Shown: positions 60,225 to 64,000 of the stretch, one piece after another
Position numbering within the stretch: position 1 is the stretch's first letter
Layout: each line of letters starts with the position of its first letter
Source: Macrostomum hystrix
Taxonomy: Eukaryota > Animalia > Platyhelminthes
Direction: 5' to 3'
Length of the DNA: 64,000 nucleotides
NCBI GenBank assembly: GCA_950097015.1
Contig: CATNEN010000001.1
Coordinates: 24,676,001-24,740,000 of the forward strand
The notes under the pieces: generated by a model
Seen by the model: only the letters and a program-made list of their open reading frames with translations
Database searches by the model: none
What the model was told of the DNA's origin: nothing
Made by a program: the position numbers and the translations under genes

Positions 60225-61005
60225 AAAATATGTCAGGGAATGTCAGTAGGGACCTGTCAGAGAAGACTCCAGTGAATTTCTGTCAGTAGGGACCTGTCAG
60301 AAAATATGTCAGTGAATGTCTGTCAGTAGGGACCTGTCAGAGAAGACTCCAGTGAATTTCTGTCAGTAGGGACCTGTCAGAAAATATGTCAGTGAATGTC
60401 TGTCAGTAGGGAACTGTCAGAAAATGTGTCAGTGAATGTCTGTCAGTAGGGACCTGTCAGAAAATATGTCAGTGAATGTCTGTCAGTAGGGACCTGTCAG
60501 AAAATATGTCAGTGAATGTCTGTCAGTAGGGACCTGTCAGAAAATGTGTCAGTGAATGTCTGTCAGTAGGGAACTGTCAGAAGATATGTCAGTGAATGTC
60601 TGTTAGTAGGGAACTGTCAGAAAATATGTCAGTGAATGTCTGTCAGTAGGGAACTGTCAGAAGATATGTCAGTGAATGTCTGTTAGTAGGGAACTGTCAG
60701 AAAATGTGTCAGTGAATGTCTGTTAGTAGGGAACTGTCAGAAAATATGTGAGTGAATGTCTGTCAGTAGGGATCTGTCAGTAGGGATCTGTCAGTAGGGA
60801 TCTGTCAGTAGGGATCTGTCATTAGGGATCTGTCAGTAGGGATCTGTCAGTAGGGATCTGTCAGTAGGGATCTGTCAGTAGGGATCTGTCAGTAGGGATC
60901 TGTCAGTAGGGATCTGTCAGTAGGGATCTGTCAGAAAATATGTCAGCCATGTATCCATCGGTAGAATAATCTGGGTTAGATCTGTCAGTAGGGATCTGTC
61001 AGAAA
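60225..61005. repeat. 40-bp satellite collapsing into its 14-bp subunit (TGTCAGTAGGGATC)
   Basis: Direct inspection. Confidence 0.92.
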
Positions 61006-61361
61006 GTCAGTGTCAGTCTCAAAATATCTATCTTTCTCGCTGACAGAATCCCGCTGGAAAGCTAAGAACAATCCGGGCCAAACTCAGGCAATTTTGTTAT
61101 TAAAAAACAGAGCTGATTGCGCCAGCTGAGCAGTTCTCAAAGACTGCAGCGGAAAATGCTCAAGCGAAAATGAAAATTTGGGGCCTAAAATTTCTAGATC
61201 GACTCCCCGCAGTCCCGAATTTCCACGCACAGCAAAATCGATTTACTCATGCTAGTTTTCCCCTCGTTGAGCTCAGCTGAGAGAACCGGAGGGACTGTAT
61301 TTTATTGTGCCATTTGAGTTGCGCACTCGGCATCGACTGCTCAGCAATGGACAATAATAGT

Positions 61362-62476
61362 GATAAACACAATTTCATAGGCATTGGAAGTGTCAGGCAG
61401 TTAAACACAATTTCATAGGCATTGGAAGTGTCAGGCTGAAAAACACAATGGGAGCTGGAAGTGTCAGGCTGATAAACACCATGGGAGCTGGAAGTGTCAG
61501 GCTGAAAAACACAATGGGAGCTGGAAGTGTCAGGCTGATAAACACCATGGGAGCTGGAAGTGTCAGGCTGAAAAACACAATTTCATAGTCATTGGAAGTG
61601 TCAGGCTGATAAGCACCATGGGAACTGGAAGTGTCAGGCTGATAAACACCAGGGGAACTGGAAGTGTCAGGCTGATAAACACCATGGGAGCTGGAAGTGT
61701 CAGGCTGATAAACACCATGGGAACTGGAAGTGTCAGGCTGATAAACACCATGGGAACTGGAAGTGTCAGGCTGATAAGCACCATGGGAACTGGAAGTGTC
61801 AGGCTGATAAGCACCATGGGAACTGGAAGTGTCAGACTGATAAACACCATGGGAACTGGAAGTGTCAGGCTGATAAGCACCATGGGAACTGGAAGTGTCA
61901 GGCTGATAAACACCATGGGAGCTGGAAGTGTCAGACTGATAAACAGCATGAGAACTGGAAGTGTCAGACTGATAAACAGCATGGGAACTGGAAGTGTCAG
62001 ACTGATAAACAGCATGAGAACTGGAAGTGTCAGACTGATAAACACCATGGGAACTGGAAGTGTCAGACTGATAAACAGCATGGGAACTGGAAGTGTCAGA
62101 CTGATAAACAGCATGGGAACTGGAAGTGTCAGACTGATAAACAGCATGGGAACTGGAAGTGTCAGACTGATAAACAGCATGGGAACTGGAAGTGTCAGAC
62201 TGATAAACAGCATGGGAACTGGAAGTGTCAGACTGATAAACAGCATGGGAACTGGAAGTGTCAGACTGATAAACAGCATGGGAACTGGAAGTGTCAGACT
62301 GATAAACAGCATGGGAACTGGAAGTGTCAGACTGATAAACACCATGGGAACTGGAAGTGTCAGGCTGATAAACACCATGGGAACTGGAAGTGTCAGACTG
62401 ATAAACAGCATGGGAACTGGAAGTGTCAGGCTGATAAGCACCATGGGAACTGGAAGTGTCAGGCTGATAAACACCA
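61362..62476. repeat. 33-bp satellite (CATGGGAACTGGAAGTGTCAGACTGATAAACAG)
   Basis: Direct inspection. Confidence 0.95.
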
Positions 62477-62507
62477 TAAGCCGCTGACTTTTGCGCTAAT
62501 ATTCCAG

Positions 62508-62711
62508 CGCACACTCCGCCACCGTTACATCGATCTGTGTCAGTGACAGCATCAAATCGGGATCCACTTCATCAGCAGCAGCAGCCACAGCAGCAGCAGC
62601 GGCAGTTGTCGCTGCGGAGTCCTAGATTTCAGCAAAACTCCGGCGCTGAACAAATCTCAGGCGATAGTTCTGACCAAATTGGAATCGCGTTGAAATCCTC
62701 TCTTCCAGCTG
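62508..62711 (+). CDS. Patj: Multi-PDZ gene exon (Q-rich linker); gene continues beyond the window
   Basis: ATTCCAG|CG...CTG|GTGAGT (phase 1/1), in frame with the previous exon: AHTPPPLHRSVSVTASNRDPLHQQQQ...SSLPA. Confidence 0.72.
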
Positions 62712-63167
62712 GTGAGTCATAAAAGTACATTTCAAAAGTACATCATTAGCTCATTCGTTAGTCTTGGGGTTAGTTTAGTCGTTAGTTTTGGGGTCTTTGA
62801 ATTTCAATAGTACCCCTCCATGATTTATCTGGTAGAACAGGGCAGATTTCCTAAATCGTGTGGAATGCTGGCTGTGTTAGCAAAGGTTCTGTTCCACACA
62901 GTTTAGCAGTCTTAAAGGTCACCGCAATGGCTGTTTATGATTACCAAGTTGCACTTTTAAATGTTTTTTTGGGAACAAGTAGCAGTGACCTAGTCAATAG
63001 ATTTTTTCCGCTAAACAGAGTGCTGCAATCGCAAATAGTTTTATTAATTTTTTCGGAAATCTTCGAACTCTAAAGTTTAGTTTGTTTACATATCTGATTT
63101 CGGATGACATTCGAGAAAGTTTTAGAGAATGGCTGAATAGATAATTAAACGGATTTAAGAGTGGATC

Positions 63168-64000
63168 AAGAGCGGATGGAGGAGCGTATAGAGGAGCGGA
63201 TGGAAGAGCGGATGGAGGAGCGGATGGAGGAGCAGATGGGGGAGCGGATGGAAGAGCGGATGGAGGAGCGGATGGAGGAGCAGATGGGGGAGCGGATGGA
63301 AGAGCGGATGGAGGAGCGGATGGAGGAGCAGATGGGGGAGCGGATGGAAGAGCGGATGGAGGAGCGCATGAAGGAGCGGATAGAAGGAGCGGATGAAAGA
63401 GCGGATGGAGGAGCGGATGGAGGAGCGGATGGAGGAGCGGATGGAGGAGCGGATGAAGGGTCTGATTGAGGAGCTGATGGAGGAGCGTATGGGGGAGCTG
63501 ATGGAGGAGCGGATGGAAGAAGCGGATTGAGGAGCTGATGGAGGAGCGGATAGAGGAGCGTATGGAAGAAGCGGATGGAAGAGCGGATGGAGGAGCGGAT
63601 GGAAGAGCGGATGGAGGAGCGGATGAAGGGTCTGATGGAGGAGCTGATGGAGGAGCGGATGGAGGAGCGGATGGAGGAGCGGATGAAGGGTCTGATGGAG
63701 GAGCTGATGGAGGAGCGGATGGAGGAGCGGATGGAGGAGCGGATGGAAGAAGCGGATTGAGGAGCTGATGGAGGAGCGGATGGAGGAGCGGATGGAAGAA
63801 GCGGATGGAAGAGCGGATGGAGGAGCGGATGGAAGAGCGGATGGAGGAGCGGATGGAAGAGCGGATGGAGGAGCGAATGGAAGGAGTGGATGAAGGAGCA
63901 GATGAAGGAGCGGATGGAAGAGCGGATGGAAGAGCGGATGGAGGAGCGGATTGAAGAGCGGATGGAGGAGCGGATTGAGGAGCGGATTGAGGAGCGGATT
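63168..64000. repeat. 12-bp satellite (GAGGAGCGGATG), runs off the window end
   Basis: Direct inspection. Confidence 0.95.

Overview
Repeat-rich eukaryotic (metazoan) genomic DNA with GT-AG spliced genes. The many locally distinct minisatellites and Q/A-rich coding sequence resemble the flatworm Macrostomum, but that is only an inference. The left part (1-30 kb) is a transposon-rich zone. It holds a solo LTR with a TSD, a LINE 3' stub, a gag-bearing LTR element, a Mutator-type MITE, a mariner relic with a nested hAT MITE, an intact 4.9-kb Ty3/Gypsy element with identical 149-bp LTRs, and a decayed RTE-like LINE. It also carries three small host genes or pseudogenes. The right part (36-64 kb) holds frame-consistent exons of a PATJ/MPDZ-like multi-PDZ gene whose introns are filled with about 15 different satellites. 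The most unusual item is the LTR element at about 2.6-4.9 kb. It has two tandem 'LTR-end + tRNA-Leu PBS' units and an intact gag. A GGGAAAC -1 frameshift signal with pseudoknot potential leads not into a recognisable pol but into a Ser/Ala/Pro repeat ORF. Other leads are an intronic 23-bp satellite carrying the hammerhead core motifs in the correct order, and satellites that abut splice sites and change unit in a polar way. No rRNA, true tRNA gene or CRISPR array was found.
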